This document shows positions 61,595-64,000 of a stretch of DNA of 64,000 bases, piece by piece. Position 1 is the first letter of the stretch; each line of letters opens with the position of its first letter. The DNA comes from Trichoplax adhaerens. Its lineage: Eukaryota > Animalia > Placozoa. Under the pieces are notes generated by a model, which saw only the letters and a list, made by a program, of their open reading frames with translations, ran no database searches and was not told the origin of the DNA. The stretch lies in contig NW_002060951.1 in the NCBI RefSeq assembly GCF_000150275.1, forward strand, positions 1,808,297 to 1,872,296. Direction: 5' to 3'. Made by a program: the position numbers and the translations under genes.

Positions 61595-64000
61595 GCGCCT
61601 ATTTAACTTTCTTGAGCTAAAGTATCTTAACTAAATAATGATATCTTTCATACTATAATTATAAAAGTTTTTGGCAATGCTGCACCATTAATAATTCAAA
61701 TTTGCTAGCGCTAATCGCTAATGTTTTAATCATCTATTTGCATGGCTCAATTATTATCTTGCTGTTTCATGCATACCATTAACGAGTCTTTGTGCAGATA
61801 TTAATCAGAAGGCAAGTAAATTTTAAAATGACTATTATAATCAAAAGTAAATTTTCCAATTGATCAATCAATCAATTAAAAAATAGTAGTGAATTATCAG
61901 TAGAAATGATCACATTTCCCTATACGCAGTAGATATTTGCGACGATAAGTATCTATTGAGCTACTGGAACCAAAGATAATAAATCATGTTCGTAATTTTC
62001 TATTTAAATTAAGCTAAAATTTAATTATAGCTCTGTATCGAGATAAATTCAAACATTGTAGTTTGTTATAATTTTACACCCGGAGGAGTAGACGTCTCAT
62101 CACATACACGTATTTCTGATAAAAACGCAATATTAAATACTATGAAGTATAGTAATCTTATTACAAATCTCAAACGGACTTATTTATGGTTAACTACAGT
62201 ACTAATTTGCTTTCGATGCTAAAGTAAGCTTAATTATGTTCTTTAATGCCTTAGTACTACTACCGCTTACCGTGTTGCTATAAAATTTATTCTGCAGTTG
62301 CCTAAAATATAGTAATTTGAAAATAAATTGCTTTACGAAACCGTATATATTTGTTCGGACTGTTATTAATTAACATCAACTAAAAGTGCTCAAGCATTAA
62401 TCTGCCTACATCATAAGTACTAATAGAATTTATTTTGTTTCGCATTGATAATATGTGGTGCAACTTCGAAATAAGCTTGAGATTAAGATCGGCATTTGTT
62501 AAAATACATTAATTTTATATATTAAAAATGAAATTTTACAAGAAATAGCAGTTCCCGTTATAATGCTTTGAGGATACTTTATTACGACACGAAAAGTAAC
62601 TTCTTAGATAAAGTTAATTAATGTCAGAATATTAGTATTAATTTCCTCGTGAAATTCCAGGAAGAATATGATAAAAATTAAAGTATAAGTTAGTCAGTTT
62701 CAACTCCTTGCAGACTTTACAAGTTTATGCTATGTACGGAGACTATATAGCCTATCAAAAGACTACCATTCTTATCAAAATTATCAGCTACAGTACAGGC
62801 ATAATCTGTTAAATTTTAAGGAGTCTTAATGAAACCTAGGCAATAAAGCGTAATTAAATCTATTCAGTATTTCTACTGACGCCCATTTAAGAATTGATAT
62901 TATGTGCATCTATTCTATGCTATGATTGAATTTCAATCTCGGAATATGTTAATATTAAGCTTTCAGAACGCATATGTATGATAAAATGACAATTGATTAA
63001 TGTGGCGTTATTCTTTTAACTCTTTTCATTTACTGAATTTATGCTGCAGAGATACCGACCGATAAGCTCTTGAATTCACGCAATTGGCTTAATAACCGAT
63101 GTTTACTTAATCATAGTTTTACTTGAAACATACGCGTTTTCTAAGAAGGGCAAGCTATTGTTTATTTGCTATTCTTTGTTACTTGCATGTAGTGTTGTAT
63201 TTCTACTACAAGGAGAAGAATTAAAAGCGAAATGATATCAATTCATGATAAGCAATAATATGATAAATATAAATGTATTATGATATCCTTGATGTAGAAT
63301 TCAGTATTCTATTCCTTTCCAAATAATTACGGCTAAAAACACTATTACTTCAAAACGGCTCCTAGATTATTAAAATTGATAGGCATTGGCTGAATATGCT
63401 ATGATTAGATTGAGCGACCCTATAATATATTATCAAACGACTATACTGAATAAGTTCGATCAGAGATGTCAACATATTATAAAGAAATCATATAATATTC
63501 TCCGATGCCATTGCTTTTATATGCCACTGCATAGCAGTATATGCACAAAGGAATCTTTTGAATTCAAAGAACTTCTATCAAAATAAGGTAAATTATCACA
63601 CTAGTTTACCTCTACTTTTGTATTGATTACATGCTATTAAAGTTTAAGTTCATTTTTATCATCGTCTAGTCGCAATTGTATTGTGTTCAATATACCATGC
63701 TCCACCCCTTGAATGCAGAATATTCTAGTTATCTAGTGAATACAAAAAGATTGAAGACGTTTTTGAAATATATTTGCATTTGCCAGTATGGAATTTATAT
63801 TAGCTCAATAGGAATTACAGGCAATTCAATCATAAGATGTTTTTTTAATTATCACATAACGGTATATTCACTTTATCTTACCAGAAAATTATATTCATTG
63901 ATTTATAGGAAAGCGGATTGAATGCTACTATTTAATCAAACGTATCGTAGTTAGAATTATTAAACACATTGTTCGAGCCTCTCGGTCAGCTCTACTTATC

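Overview
AT-rich eukaryotic (animal) genomic DNA. Short introns, compact intergenic spacers and intronless class A GPCRs suggest an early-branching metazoan such as a placozoan; this is inference only. The left ~30 kb is gene-dense and intron-rich. It holds the 3' end of a Scribble-type PDZ gene (+), LDAH (-), VPS11 (+, 35 coding exons), an EPHX3/4-like epoxide hydrolase (-), UQCC1 (+) and a C8orf34-like gene (-). All exon chains were reconstructed by hand with consistent reading phase. The right ~34 kb is gene-poor and holds two paralogous single-exon peptide-receptor-like GPCRs plus many transposon relics. Main observations: (1) both GPCRs share a coordinated replacement of the class A sodium-pocket and activation microswitch residues; (2) VPS11 needs two AT-AC minor-spliceosome introns and probably one GC-AG intron; (3) there are seven solo LTRs, six with exact 5-bp target-site duplications, and two ~96% identical copies sit next to the two GPCRs, one in promoter orientation; (4) MITEs and a hairpin minisatellite are present. 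Protein identifications rest on recalled family sequences and motifs; no database search was run.
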